A stretch of 36,319 nucleotides of DNA from sequence record SRR22947727_1922, one strand, 5' to 3'. Within the stretch, counting starts at the first letter, position 1; every line of letters starts with the position of its first letter. The notes beneath the pieces were generated by a model. It was not told the origin of the DNA. It made no database searches and worked only from the letters and a program-made list of their open reading frames with translations. Positions 36,292 through 36,319 of this stretch are shown piece by piece. The position numbers were made by a program, and so were the translations under genes.

Positions 36292-36319
36292 GGCCGCCTG
36301 CGGGAATCGAACCCGCGAC
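36292..36319 (-). tRNA. 3' part of a tRNA truncated by the window end (probably tRNA-Thr)
   Basis: Reverse complement GTC-GCGGG-TTCGATT-CCCGC-AGGCGGC-C: T-arm plus acceptor strand complementary to GCCGCCT; anticodon lies outside the window. Confidence 0.8.

Noticed and set aside
36187-36295. Short repeats (CCTTGTTCA twice; GATCGGGCC/GATCGGGGCC) as att duplication of the terminal tRNA
   Set aside because: Too short and too close together to delimit the aqp-arsC cargo; no distal tRNA-end copy found

Overview
High-GC actinobacterial chromosome segment. Gene content and order fit Microbacteriaceae (possibly a small-genome Pontimonas-like lineage; this assignment is inference). Most of the window is conserved backbone: tRNA-Ala, a GlpR-like gene, rimJ-like GNAT, galU, 5-FTHF cyclo-ligase, FmdB, a large helicase-like gene, tRNA-Arg, HNH, ideR, serC, DUF3027, csp, the XPB operon, an OmpR-family two-component pair, WXG100, groEL with two CIRCE boxes, DUF3048, LytR_C, DUF3263, hmuT/htaA, msrB, transporters, fadD, aquaporin-arsC and a partial tRNA. 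The main observations are: (1) all three tRNAs carry accessory cargo against their 3' ends with no integrase in the window. For tRNA-Ala and tRNA-Arg a distal copy of the tRNA 3' end and short 12-13 bp tandem repeats are visible, and the tRNA-Arg islet (cmtR-cation transporter-czcD plus a double-HTH gene whose GTG lies inside the att-like copy) is well delimited. (2) A 1242-aa SF1-helicase/Vsr-like protein has essentially all catalytic motifs degenerate. (3) The HNH gene has a structured leader with an SD-led uORF and an internal terminator hairpin. (4) An IdeR/DtxR box overlaps the ideR promoter. (5) Leaderless TANNNT-N6/7-start architecture is pervasive. All calls come from reading the sequence; no searches were run.
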